The notes under the pieces: generated by a model
What the model saw: only the letters and a program-made list of their open reading frames with translations
Told to the model about the DNA's origin: nothing
Databases searched by the model: none
Shown: positions 1 through 12,606 of the stretch, one piece after another
Numbering within the stretch: position 1 is the first letter of the stretch
Layout: each line of letters starts with the position of its first letter
Made by a program: the position numbers and the translations under genes
NCBI GenBank assembly: GCA_964106915.2
Contig: OZ066926.1
From: Podarcis gaigeae
Taxonomy: Eukaryota
Reading direction: 5' to 3' (one strand)
DNA length: 64,000 bases

Positions 1-279
1 AAACACCCAACTTCCCACTTCCCCTCACCACCCCACCTGTCTCATAATCTGCAAGACACCACTGAAACCTGGTTTGTGGTCCTTTATTCAAAACCTCTTG
101 ACCCTGAACCTTTCCAACCTGAGACCGACTGACTCTTAACTGTCCTCTAAACTTAGGATCCATGGAACAACAACATTATAACTGAGAGAGCTATATGTGA
201 GCAAAGCATATGAATCAGGGGAGCCTACATTCCATCTCAGTTTAATACTGGGCCTCTGGTGACTTCCATTTTGTAACAC

Positions 280-2400
280 TGTTATTAGCCTCTTTCAAAG
301 GTCACAGACGAGGTGCTACCTAGACAGGGGTGTGTCAGTTCTTACATATTTACCAACTTTGATCTCTCCATTCTGGAGTCTTCTGCCCTTCGCTTTATGG
401 TACATAGTTGTTTTTTTATTGGTCAACCCCCAACCCACCCTTGGTTTCTGTTCACCTACTTTTAACTTCTCTGCTGAAGACAACTGCCTGGAGTTAAGAG
501 AATGCATAAATTGTTCAGACAAAAACTGGCTACACTCCATTTAAATTTTTTAATAATGGCATTGACATAACTGGGATTATACAACATATTTATTAGTGTC
601 TTTTTTTCTGGAATAATTTCCATTACATTTAGCCTCCTGTGAGCAAAGGAGATTAAATCCAGTGTTAATCAGCCACTTAAAAAATTCATGCATACAAACT
701 TGGGACCTTTAACCTTTGCATTAGAGCAGGAGGTAACAGTCGTGAAATTGGTTCGTATTACTTATTGTCCTTCTGGGAAAGATGTCAGTCAGATAACAGC
801 TGCTATTTTAATTTTTTTTGTCTGGGTCAAAAACACAGTTTGACTGTCTCCTTAAGTGTTGTGTGACCTGGACCCTGATTCCATCCAAACTATTCTGTCC
901 CACTTACCGGTACGACTTATATCAAAATATGTTAGATGCTTCAATCCCACACTTCATAGGCATCTACACACCATTACAAAACAGTGGAACATGGTCAAGT
1001 GACATAGATCTGTGTAGGTACAGAAGTCTTACTTCTTCCTGCAGAGTTTGAGCACTTGCACTCTGCCCCTGGAATACCTTCACCCCCTTGTTTTCCATAA
1101 GGTTGGGCGGAGGGGGAATCAGGGGTCCTCCAGAATACATTGGCTTGCCAACTCCCATCAGCCCCAGCCAGCATAGCCAGTGATCAGGTTTGATGGAAGT
1201 TTTAGTCCATCCATAACTGGAGGGCCACCATTTCCCCATCCTGCCACAGGGATGCCGCTTCATACAAACTTCAGCAAAGTGTAATATGGGACATTTCAAC
1301 AGCCCTTTCAGTCAACTGTCTCATGGAACAGGGTTTGGATATTAATGGTGGTGGATGGAGAGGGAGGGTGAAATTGCATTCTGTAAATGCAATCTGGTGC
1401 AGGTAACTTTACTGGAGAGAAGGTATTATTTTCCTCCATTCTTCTTTTCCCATCTCTATATCCTCCCCTCCCTGGAGGAGGTAACTTTCTTGAATTAATT
1501 ATTGTAATTTTTTGTATTTGCATAATTTATTTTAAAAATGTTTTTTTTCTATTAAATTATTGTAATAAAGGTACCTGCTTAAAAATGGGGAAGTTTCCTG
1601 GTGTGTGTGTGTTTTAACTGGATAAGAATCTGTATCTCCAGGGCTTTTCCATGCCTAGACAGGCACATTTCCCAAAGAATATTAGTGACTTTAGTGAGCT
1701 GGATCATCCTTTTTTCTAACCCAGGGGGTTGTGTTTATTGGACAATTACAATTGTTAAAGAGGAAGGAGTTTTTGGCATAGTTGGCAGCACATGTGTGAA
1801 ATCTTACCTTGTTAACACTTGGGCAGCTTCCCTGTTCATCTGCTGCCTGTGGCTTGCTCCAGTAGTGGAAGAAAATAAGGTGAGCTTCCTTCTGGATTTT
1901 TAGAAACCTAAAATTTAAGGTGGGTGCAGGTTTTCTCGAATTCTCCCCTTCTGGATTGTAGCAATGGAGAGTGTTTCAGCAGTCTGGTGGATGCCTTGGA
2001 TTTTGTGAAGAGAGATGCTTATGGGGAAGGGGATCTGCATGTTGAGTGCCTCAGGCCAGAGGAAATGGAAGATCTACTGACATTATCCAGACTGCTGGTA
2101 TTTAATTGGAGAACATTATAGTATGCCTTGATTCATACTAGTTGATAGCAGCTGCTGCTGTAACTGGGGCCTTGGAGAAGAAGCAGAAGGGCTGGGCAGG
2201 CTTGAGGGGCTACAATGCAGTGGCTGGATGAGTGTTTTAATTTTAAGAAACCATATTTTGGGAAGTTGGTATTCCTGCTTCCATATCTTGGTAGTTTCCT
2301 ATCTCGTCTCGTACCCAGGGAAGAAGAGTCAGGCAGAGGTACATTGCTAGTATAGATTCCCATACTAGGATTAAACAAAGGCTTTGGCCCATTCAGAGCA
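280..2400 (-). mobile_element. Highly decayed Ty3/Gypsy retrotransposon pol relic (RNase H end to integrase); boundaries approximate
   Basis: Minus-strand fragments occur in pol order: LTLFSSTTGASHRQQMNREAAQVLTR*DF (~1795-1890, like the RNase H C-terminus), QEEVRLLY (~1015-1045, like the integrase HHCC region), LTDIFPRR (~769-792, cf. LVDYFSKW), GPKFVCMNF (~681-707, cf. NGPQF), LYNPSYVNAIIKKFK (~540-583, cf. YxPQxNGxxERFN) and GEIKVGKYVR (~340-370). Many stops and frameshifts; no LTR recognised. Confidence 0.5.
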
Positions 2401-3519
2401 GAACCCACTGTTTACAATGTATCTCAATCTAATAGGCAGCTGAGCCTTACACTAGTTTCTGCATTTTAACTGCATCCTCCTGTGCAAGAACATCTTATGT
2501 AGCTTCCTTCCACGTGTGGTTGATTCTTCCAAATATAAGCAGCTATGATACAAAAACTTAATCCTCAACAATGATCTACACCTTTCAAGTTGTCAAGGGT
2601 TAAAGTAGCAAAACCATATTGGCCTTGAGGGAATGAAGTTAACAAACCTTAGATTACTATGCTGGAAATTAGTCTTCTCTCAGCTGCAATTAGGCTGTGC
2701 TTAACTTTGTTAATAGCAATTGCCCAACAGTATAAAAAACTGAAACAAATTTACAAAATGACCCAATGCCTACCCTACTAGTGCTGCACAGTATCTGCAG
2801 TTTTTTTTGTATTACTATATTATTTAAACATGAAATACCTAGTGTTGCAGTTAAGTGATGATAAACTTTTAACCCTTATATGTACACTGTAGTTTGCAAT
2901 CAATCTGCAAAGAACCTCTACATATTTTTTCTATATAAAAGCAAGCCCCACTGAGCTCTATGTGAGTCACCACCAAGTATATTATTTATGATGGCATTTA
3001 AAATATTTTTACCCTACCCTTCAGCCGACCAAGCCACCCAAAGCAGTTTACAGTAATGAGTAATATGGTCCCCTCCTTTACAATCTAAAACACCTGGCAA
3101 AAGGAAACGAGATTGGAAGGTGGGGAGCATTAGGGCTGCGATTCTGACCTGGGAGTAAGCCCCACTGAATTTAATGGCGTTTAGTTCTGAGCAGACATGG
3201 CAGGGTTTGCAGCTTTAGTTGCGAAATCCTTACAGCTGCGGGGCCGAAGCAAGAGTCCTGTGGCTGCTAGTCACTTTACTTTATGGATGGGGCCAGGTAG
3301 GTCTCACCCTTTCCATAATGTTCTTCGAGGGCGGCACGGGGAGCAGCCTATATATGAGAAAATACATAAAATTATATGGCGGTGGGGTGGGAAAGCACAC
3401 GGTGCTTTTAAGCTCCACAAGAAAAACGCAACCAACCCAATTGTACGAAAGAAAATGGGCGGGTCAAGGAGTGGAGAAGCAAAGCAAAGAAGAGAGAGGA
3501 GGGGGGGGGAAAGCAACTC

Positions 3520-3900
3520 CCTCTAGTCACGTGATAGACGAAGCGATCACATGACAGAGGGCTGGTCACGCGGCACGGTTACCTCCCCGGAAGCTACGGC
3601 GCTTTGAGGATCAGGTGACCAGAGGAGGCCAAAGGGGGAAACCGGTCACGTGGCGGGGGCTGGCTGGGTGAATGTGCCGGGCGGGCTTGGCTGAATCGCC
3701 TGGGCCTGAGGAAGGTGAAGGGAGGAGAGCGGGGCTGGAGCGCAGGGGGGCCGCCTTGTAGTTGGGGGGCAGCCGGCCAGAGGCAAAGCGGGCAGCCGGG
3801 GCTTGGGGCGGAAGCGACGGGGCTCCTTGAGTCAGGGCCTTCCCGGGGAGGTTCTCTTTTTTTAATTTTAAAAAAGGAAAAAGGATCCCCCTTCAGGCGG
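3520..3900 (+). promoter_or_regulatory. CpG-rich promoter of the NUFIP2-like gene with clustered E-box/CLEAR-like motifs
   Basis: GTCACGTGAT 3526, ATCACATGAC 3546, GGTCACGCGG 3564, ATCAGGTGACC 3610, GGTCACGTGG 3644; ETS CCGGAAG ~3587; GC box GGGGCGG ~3805; local CpG enrichment. Confidence 0.7.
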
Positions 3901-4703
3901 AGGGTTCCTGGCTGTGATTTTGAGAGCGTCAGGCTGGGCCTAGAGTTATCTGAGCTCTGACGAAACAAGTGCCCCAATTGACGGAACTGGGAAAGGGAGG
4001 CCGAAAAGGTTGGAAAAGGCTGCGGAGGAAGTTTGCGACCCCCAGAAGCGGGGGCGGTAGATCTGGGCTGGTGGGGTTTTTTTAATAAAAAAAAGCAGCA
4101 AAGACTGCCGGGCAGCAAAGCTGTTAGTAAAGGTTGCGGGGTGGGTGGGAGTCGCCTCGAGTGTGGGGGTGTAAGCAAAGGAAAAAGCTTTTTTTGCTGC
4201 TCGTTAAGGAAGAAAGCTTCTGTTACGGTTGTAGGGAGGTGCCGCGTTTGGGGCTGGATCCTTGGGTTGATTGGTTTTTCAGCCGAGAAGCGCTAACTGG
4301 GGTGGGTGGGGTACCGTAGGGCAGACAGACAGCTAAAACAGGTGTTTGTATACAGCGTAGGGTGTTGAAGCCTAAGCTGCAGAGGTGGAAAGGAGTGTAG
4401 GTACAAATAGAAGTAGTTTCCTTTGGTCCTTCAAGCTGCTGTAGCATTTCAGAAGTTGGGGAGCTCTGCGGGGTATCTGGCAACTTTCTCTGCCACTGAG
4501 GTAACTTTTGCCTTAGGAACAGGCTACTAATTTGCAGTGCAGGGAAACAGAGGAAGAATAGAGTCCCTGGGCACGCTGTGGTGTTTTGCTTGAAAAGGAG
4601 GCTGAGAGCAAGACTGTAGTCAGGACTCTGGGGTATAGGAATACCTTCCACACCCTCGAAGCTCTATTGCTGTTGAGATCTGCATCACACACAGTCAGAG
4701 GCC

Positions 4704-7700
4704 ATGCAGAAGGAGGAGCTGGGAATGGATGAAAATCGCAACCCAGAGGAGGAGCTGCGTCTCCTCGGTGGAAAGAAGGAAAAATGCCACAACCTCAGCA
4801 ACCGCATCCGGACAGGTAACTTAAACTGCATCCAGTATTTTATCTTCTTCTAAGTCACTTCTGGTCCTCCAGAAATGTTGGACTCCAACTCCCATGAGCA
4901 CTAAGTCAGCATGACCATTGGTCAGGGATGATGGAAGTTGTAGTCCAGCAACATCTGGAGAGCCACAAGTACCCCAACCCTTCACCATCGCCAACTCAAG
5001 ACTGGCTACTAAAAACCCAGCTTCTTGCGCACCCAGAGCTTTGGTGTTGGTGCTTAGCATTTTGAAGCATTTCCTTTAGTTCCCAACGACCTCAGCAGAT
5101 CCTTGCCCTTATCAATCCATTCACACACACCCCAAACTCCTTGCATACATCTGTTATCCATTTAATCCTAAACTGAATTCTTGGGACAAGCAAGCTTTTT
5201 TCACCACTAGAGCGCATCCTTATTTCAATTTCCTTTACCTCAGCCCTATAGTGTCTATCTGATTTGTGGAGCTGTGAACCCCCATCCCCCAAGCTAAGTT
5301 TCCTGCTCCCCCCCCCCCAAAAAAAGTTTCAGACAGCCCATGTTGGGAATCCTACCCTAAACCATCAGCTGCTGCATCTCCACAGAATCATGCAGACGTG
5401 CCCCTTACCTGGTAAATCTCAACTTACTGGATCGCACTCCCTTCCCAGAGTTTGTTTCCTTTTCCTTACTGGGGCGGGTCCTATTTGGCTATTAATTCAG
5501 TGGCTCTGGTTTGATTAACTGCCTTTTGTAGCATGCATCTAAGTTCTAGCTGTCCTTAATGCATCTAAATGTTGAAAATAAAACCTTCTTTCTGTCACGC
5601 AGGGGGTGGAGCAGAGCTGGGCTACAGGCCAAGCCGGGTCTCCAGAGAAGGTGTGTTGTACTGAACTGGGATTGGCCGTTCCCCTTTTCCTTTCTGTCAT
5701 GCTTTTTCTGCATGTTTTTCTGTTCCAGAGGTGGCTGCACCTCAGTGCTGGGTGAGGTACATTCATCCTGAGAACCTAGAGCCCTGAATGCCCACCCTCT
5801 ATGCTCCCCATCTTCTCTTCCCTGTTGAAAAGATGTGGAGAAGTGATTATCTGCCACTGTGCTTCTTTACTAGATACCCATGTGGGAAAAGTAGCATGTT
5901 CTTCATATCCCTTTCCTCCTCCTGTTCCACTCCTGGGGTATACTTAGGAGAGGAATGAAGGCCTACAGATGGGAAAACGAGGACTCTTTAATTCTCTGGG
6001 CAGCAAGGCCAGAGCTCAGTGGCTTACAGGAAGGGATCCTAGAATTATTGGGAAAGGGTTTGAGGAACCTGAAATTGGTTAGGGCTTGAGAGAAGGGATC
6101 TCATAGGTTTGAGCTCTTCAGCATGAACACCTCTGATTCCATTCCCCCCCCCCCTTTGCTAATCACAATGTAGAGAAGCTTGGAAACTTGAAGACAGCAT
6201 GTTTTGAATGCTAAATAACCAGAAAAGCGGGGAGTGGGCTAAACCAACCTCCGAAGTGGTATTTTCATATGATCTCCTGATGTTGCTGAACTACAACTTC
6301 CGTCAGCCCCTGTCAGTATGGCCATAAAGATGCAAAATATGGTTCAGCAGTTTCTGGAGGGCAAAAGGTTCCTTGTACTTGTCTTAGAGTTTATAATTCA
6401 TTAATAAATATCAGAAGAGGAATCCCCCCCCCCCCGCCATTTTATTGACTAAAGATCACTGTTTTGGAATTGACTGAGTTAGCAGCACGGAGAGGGGTAT
6501 TGAAATCACTTAAGTGATGTGAAGATTTTAGCCACCTGCACACCCCAGATAAACGATCTCGAGGGTATTTTAACCCCATGGGCTATCTGCCTTATCTATG
6601 ACCTGTTGACCCCAAACTGAGAGAGGTGAATGTGTCTGCATTCCAGATAAATGAAAACCAGAAATACGTTCAAATATTTAGATATCATATTCAAGTACCT
6701 TTTAATCCCCCAATTTTCTTACCCAAACTCCAAACACTAACTGAGCAGTCTGGTATTTTGGGAGGGTTGGAATGAACTGCGCTGAGGCACCATTTTTGTT
6801 GATGGTGCACTTAACATAAGCTCCCTACCTGCCGAAATAAAAAATGGGGTTGCTGCTCTGAGGTGCTTACATTCTAGGTGTGAGAGGGTGACAAAGGGAC
6901 GTGAGACAGGCATGGTCTTCACCCTTCCTCTTCTTCCTCTTCAGGTGCCTGGGAGTCCAACGGGTATACTGCTCCCTCTGAGATAGCTGACGAACCCAGT
7001 GTTCCCCTGAGCCCTTCCAACAGCCTCAACATCCGCAATCTCCAGTTGTCTGAGCGGGACCCTCCTGTTGCCCACCATCCCCACCGCTACCCTCATCGCT
7101 TTTACCATGCCCGCCCCTTCCATGCTACAGCATACCGCAAGACCTACCGAGGCAGCCCCTCAGACCGCAAGGAATGGGGACCTAGCACAAACGGCCATCA
7201 CTGTGCTCCTGAGAGCATCTCCAACGGGCGGTGGCAGCACCGGCGCCGCGGCTATTCCGACCCACCCTCCCCGTCGTCGTCTCCCGAATCCGAACGAGGC
7301 AGCACCATCAAAGCCAGTGAGAAGCCTGCCGCCACATCTAGTGCCGCCAACACAGCCAACGAGGATTCTGGGAAGGAAACATGGTCGCTCTTCCGGCCAC
7401 TTCCCGCTTTCCCTGTCGATAGCAGCAGTGCCCGGATCATCCCCAAGATCTCTTATGCCAGCAAGCTGAAAGAGAACCTGGATCAACCGGGGAAAGCCTG
7501 CCATGTTCCTGCCTCAGCCGTCCGCACCACCAATAGCCTCCCCAACTGTGTCTTGGCGCCACCCCCAAGTAGCCCCCCGCCATCTGACAGCAGTCGGCGA
7601 CAGCACCTGGGAGCCATCTTTCAGAATGAGTGGGGCCTCTCCTTTATCAACGAGCCGGGGGCTGGGCATGGAGGGGGTGGCGGGACGGCACCAGACGTGG

Positions 7701-9590
7701 ATGAACGAGATGCAGATGCTGGAGCATCCTGGGAGAAAATGGAAGTTAGCGACTGGCAGGCTGCAAAAAATTACCATCTGGACGGTAAGGTGCTGGAAGG
7801 AGCCCAGTCATTGGGCATGAGGGAAAGGGAGGAGAACCAATGCATGTGTGTTGAGGCTTGGGAGCTGTTCCATAGGTAGCTGAACATAGTCAAGAGAGAA
7901 GGGATGGAAGACACAAGGAAATGCTTCACTTGGAAAGCTAGGGATGTTTGTGAAGATGGTGAGTGAAGGGGCAGTCACACAGCACAAAGAACTTTTGCAG
8001 TTCATGAAAGTGGAGAGGTGTTGGGTAGTATTGGCTGTCAGAAGAAATAAAGGACAATCTCTTCCCTGCTCTGAGGTTGATTTCTACTATAGTTTACATT
8101 TGCTCTACAGACTAGGGCATGAATTACTTTGGGTAGAAGATGATCAAATAGCCTATCCCTACCTTTTCTGATTACTTTGTCAGCTATTGTTTTTAGAAGG
8201 CTAAAGAGGTAGTTATAGATGGATATCATTTAGCTCCCTCATAATTTTAAACATTGCTCCAGAGAGCACAGATTCCCACATCCAGTTTTATGTAGCTTGG
8301 GAAAAGGTTTGGATGGGCATGTGACCTTCAGTGCACTGAGACCCCAACTTTTCTCAGTGTGGCTGAACTTTCGGGGCATTGTCTTGAGAAGTGAGCAGCT
8401 TCAGCTGTGCTAGGGGGTTTTAGGGCACTGGGGCTTATTTACAAACAGTGCTTGGCTTCTTCTAATTTCCCTTTTCCCTTTCCCCCTCTTCTAATACAGA
8501 GTGGAGACATATATGGGAGCTACACAGTCAAGGTAAGCAAATGGAGGTGCCTGGGCCTAAATCAGTGGCTTCATAAATAAGACCTTTAGGGCTCAACAGT
8601 GGGCTGGATAGCTTCATATTAAAGGGGGTATGAAGATTTGCAGTAATGTACAACAATGTGAAGTGGAAGGGAGCAGAGTCCTAGGACAGGGATGTGACTC
8701 TAAGAATTGTGGGTGTGTAATTCATACTTTCCAATCCTTGCCATATATTCAGTTGCGTCTCCCTCTCTACTGTACCACACATGCAAAAAACAAACAAAAA
8801 CCCACAAATTTAATCTGACCACTCGTATTTTGAAAAAATCCAGCCTTTTGTGAGGATTGCTTTCAGAAGCTGAGGGGCACTGATTCTACATTTTAAGACT
8901 GTGTCTTTTCGTGGTTTGCTTTTTAATGTTGTGCCCTGGATGTGTTTGAGTGCATGTGCTCCATAGCTTTGAAGCCCTAACTGGTAGGAGGTGCTGGCTT
9001 TTGATCATCTAACACAAGTTTAAAATTACATTTTGAAAATGCTTCTGACCCCACATCATTTGCCTGGAGAACTTGAGTCGGTGACACTGAAGACAAGTGC
9101 CACTGCCAGCCTGGGCCCATGAGCCAGGCAGCCAGGCAGGTTTTCTATTCATGTAGTATCAGGCAGGAGCAGGTAGATGCTATCTAAAAAACTGGGGTGA
9201 TTGGTTCTGTGCAGTATGGGGAAGTGAATAAACTGGGCCTTATGAAGTTGTGTGATGGGAGATAGGAAAGAGAAGTACAGCTGCGGAAATCCACAACTAT
9301 CTGATGTTGGATGTGGAGCTGCCTTAAACAATTCAACCAAATCACAAAAGAGCTGCATATGTGGGAACAGATTAATGAAGGGTCTGTTCTGTGGCCAGCC
9401 ATTGAGGATAGCGGGGAGAATAGTGGGGCTTCGGGCAGGGGTGTGTGTGTGTGTGTGTGTGTGTATACACACATTATCTATGGCACATCTCCCTTCAAGG
9501 CATTGTTCCTGTTGCCATCACTTTTTCTTTTTCCATCTAGATCCTAGCAGAGTGACGGTCTACACAGACACCTTCGATGGGAAGGGTTAA
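4704..9590 (+). CDS. NUFIP2-like protein (FMR1-interacting protein 2 paralogue), 344 aa, 4 coding exons
   Basis: Exons 4704-4815 (gccATG..ACAG|gtaac), 6945-7784, 8500-8532, 9541-9590 (TAA). All introns are GT-AG and phase 1; 1035 nt, in frame. Blocks match NUFIP2: WSLFRPLPAFPVDSSSARIIPKISYASKLKENL, QHLGAIFQNEWGLSFINEP and C-terminal DWQAAKNYHLDEWRHIWELHSQDPSRVTVY. AATAAA at ~9882 and ~10374. Confidence 0.88.
9440..9463. repeat. (GT)n microsatellite
   Basis: Direct GT dinucleotide run in the last intron of the NUFIP2-like gene. Confidence 0.95.
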
Positions 9591-11269
9591 CTTCAATAAT
9601 TCCCAGGGGAAGCACCGCTAAGACATGAGGGGGGGCACATGGGCAGAGGCAAGATGCCCACCCCACCCCCCTTGAAGACTGGAGAAGCCCAAGCATCTTG
9701 AAAGGGGAAGCTCTGCCACCTGCCTACCTCCCTCCCTTTGCTGTTATAGCTCAAATTGTCTCAGTGGGGCTAACGCCTCACCTCTCTTTTTCTCTCTTGC
9801 TCTCTCTCTCTTTCTCTCTGATTTAATGCTCTGGTTTTTAATTTCTTCACATGGTTTTTAATTTCTCTGGATTCCCCTGAAAATAAAGGCAAAAAAAGAA
9901 TTTATTTAAATTCACTTCTCTTGCCTTGTCAGTGTCTCATTATTCATTGCTACACAGGTGTGTTATCAGCATGGGGTAGGTAGTGATGTGGCTCAAGGCA
10001 CTGAAAATGGTTTGGGAGGGAAATTATTTTAAGGGATAGAGATGGAAAAACGTGAAAAACATGATTTTTGAAAGCACAAAGGAGAAGCTTTGGGAAGTTT
10101 ACCACAAGGAACTATTAATATAGGGCAAAGAAATAGTTTTATTTGTTTATCCACTGAAGAATTTATAAGCTGCATTCTCATAAGTATTGACAAGGTGGTA
10201 TGCAACATACAAGATAAAACCACCAAAGGCATCATTAAAAACATCAGTAAATACTAGTTACCACAAAGGAAAGAAATGTGAAGGCCTGTCTATAAACAGT
10301 TTTCAGAAGATGTCTTAAAGAAGGCAGGGGTGATTTCTACTGAAATTGTGACTTGATCAACTTGATTTAATAGGAATAAAATATTTGCTCAGTGTGTCTT
10401 CTGCCAGCATAGTGACGAGATTATGCCAAGCATAACTTTACTTCTAGGTATCTTTTAGATGTACAGTGCTAGTTTACCTAAATGCTAATTAATGGTTCGA
10501 TACTCTTTATTTCTATTCTCATGTGCTGAGCTTCTAAGCTGGTTGCCACTGTAAAAAAGCTCCTCACTTTTAAAAATAAGATTGCCATCTTAAAAGCCAG
10601 TAAACTGATGCGGCCAATTTACTGAAGAGTAAAGCCTACAGAGCACAATGGGGCTTCTCAGTAAAGATGCTTAGTTGCAGTGGTAATGAGGAAGTGTGTG
10701 AAATAAATCCCCACCACAATTTATCATGAAAGCCAAAGGAAGGAGCCATCTGTGTCCTGTTGGGTAAGAGTGCAGTGTTGATAGCCTTCATAGGGGCAAA
10801 ACATTTTCTTAGCCCAGCTGTTTTGTAGAAAAATACAGAAAGCTATGAGCCCAATCTCCCCCTGCCCCCTGAAATGGTATTAAAATCAATGGGATGGGTC
10901 CATGTAAACATTGCACGGTCTGAATTGCTTGCTTATTTGAACCTGAGCCTCCTTTTATACAAACCTGAGCCTGGGTTGCTTTGCAGTTACTCTTTTCTGG
11001 GCTTAAAAACACAAGTAGACAAGTAACAAAAAATGAGCCATATAACTCACTGTTCCTGACCTGCACTGGGGGAGGGGGAGGAGAAAATGCGCTCTTTGTT
11101 GGTTTGCCTCTTTTAAAAGGTGACTATTTCATAAGAGTTGACCTAAATGTAGCTAAAACCGTTTTTGACGATACAATATATTAATGATCTATAAATAAGT
11201 ACTCTTTGCCCTCGACCAAAATGGCTCTCAAAGCTTCCAGTAGTTGTGGTAGCTCTATGCTCTTCGGAA

Positions 11270-11630
11270 GACTCTCCTCTATGGTTCCGAACAGCCGTTA
11301 TACGGGAAGGCGCACGGCCTCCTCTCTTCCGAGGCCTAAGTCGATGACGTGATTTACAGTGTAGGGAGCAGCACTGTTTCTATGGCGGGAGCGTAGCGCG
11401 AGGCGCGTGCGCGCCTGTGCGTCACTCCAAAGCGCCCATTCGCCCGCGGATTGAGAGCGGCGCGGAGGAGTCTCGCCTGCGCGCGAGAGTAATACCTGAT
11501 AGGATTCCTTTGCAGGAGTTAGGAAATGGGTGTGCGCAGCTGCCTCTTAAAGAGGCAGAATCCTCGAGTAAAAGGGGAAGTCGCCTGAGCGCCAGCCTGG
11601 AGGGCAGTAGAGAACAGGACGGAGGTAAGA
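11270..11630 (+). promoter_or_regulatory. CpG-island promoter and non-coding first exon (probable TMEM219 exon 1; possibly shared with the Harbinger-derived ORF)
   Basis: CpG-dense, with CRE-like TGACGTGA ~11345, NRF1-like GCGCGTGCGC ~11403 and a strong donor GAG|GTAAGA at 11624/11625. It is the only non-transposon CpG island between the NUFIP2-like gene and the TMEM219 coding exons. Confidence 0.7.
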
Positions 11631-12399
11631 TAAGGTTGCACCTTTCTTAACTGTGTGCCATTCTTGCATTTCTCCCCCCCCCCCCCCGGGTCTGTTCTCC
11701 ATCTGGTTATTCTCATCTAAATCCTTTTGTTCAGCTATTTTGGAGCAAGGATTTAGGTTTCGAAGAATGTAGCCCCTTGGGGGATAAAATAGGGGGTTTT
11801 TTTGCCCTCGTTTGCTGCCTCACACCAAGTCAGCCCATTGGTCCATCTTGTATTGTTTACTCTGACTGGTAGCTGCTCTCCAGGGTCTTTCTCAAGCTGA
11901 ACGCTTCTAGCTGCATGGCCAGAGGTCGAACTTGCATTTTCTGAATGCCAAATATTGACTTTGCCTCTGAACGATGGCACCTCTCAGTCAGAGAAAGTCA
12001 CAATTGGTATCCTATACATGCCGCAATCCTTTGCATATATATGCCCAGAAGTGAATTCTACAGTGGAGTTTATTTCTTAGTAAGTATGCATAGAATTGCA
12101 ATTGAGAGAGATTAATACACTCCCGTATTTCTGGGGCTTAGACTATTTACAAGTGAATGCATTTTTTTCTCAGTGCACAGCTGAAAAAGAAGTTATATGT
12201 CTACCTTCCATGTGAAATCTGCGAAATTCCCCATGATCATTAATTACGGTATTCCTAAAGCACTTCTTAGCAAGCAATCTTGGTTTTCAGTGCTCTTCTT
12301 GTCACTATGGAAGTCAGTCAGCCACATCATTGTTTCTCACCATGCTTGATGGACTTTTGCAATTAAGAAAGTTTCTACCTGGATCTCCTAACCCTAATG

Positions 12400-12606
12400 T
12401 GGTGCTGCGGGTGATGTGCCAGACTAGGACCGGGGAGACCAAGATCCAAACCCCCCATTCAACTATGAAGCTCACAGGGTGGTCAGTCACTGTCTCTCAG
12501 CCTTACCTCACCCACAGGGTTGTTGTGAAGATAAAATGCAGGGACAGCGACGTATGCCTCTTTGAGCTCCTTGGAGGAAAGGTGGGCTATTATGTATTAA
12601 ACGAAT
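12400..12606 (+). mobile_element. CORE/MIR-like SINE fragment (similar copies ~13115-13330 on + and ~41960-42190 on -)
   Basis: Contains CTCTCAGCCT(T)ACCTCAC..CAGGGTTGTTGTGAAGATAAAATG core-like sequence; recognised from memory. Confidence 0.6.

Noticed and set aside
1-3500. KCTD13, expected by synteny
   Set aside because: No BTB/KCTD coding exon recognisable in the window.
7785-7879. C-terminus of the 277-aa ORF
   Set aside because: Intron after the donor GACG|gtaagg; NUFIP2 homology continues in exons at 8500 and 9541.
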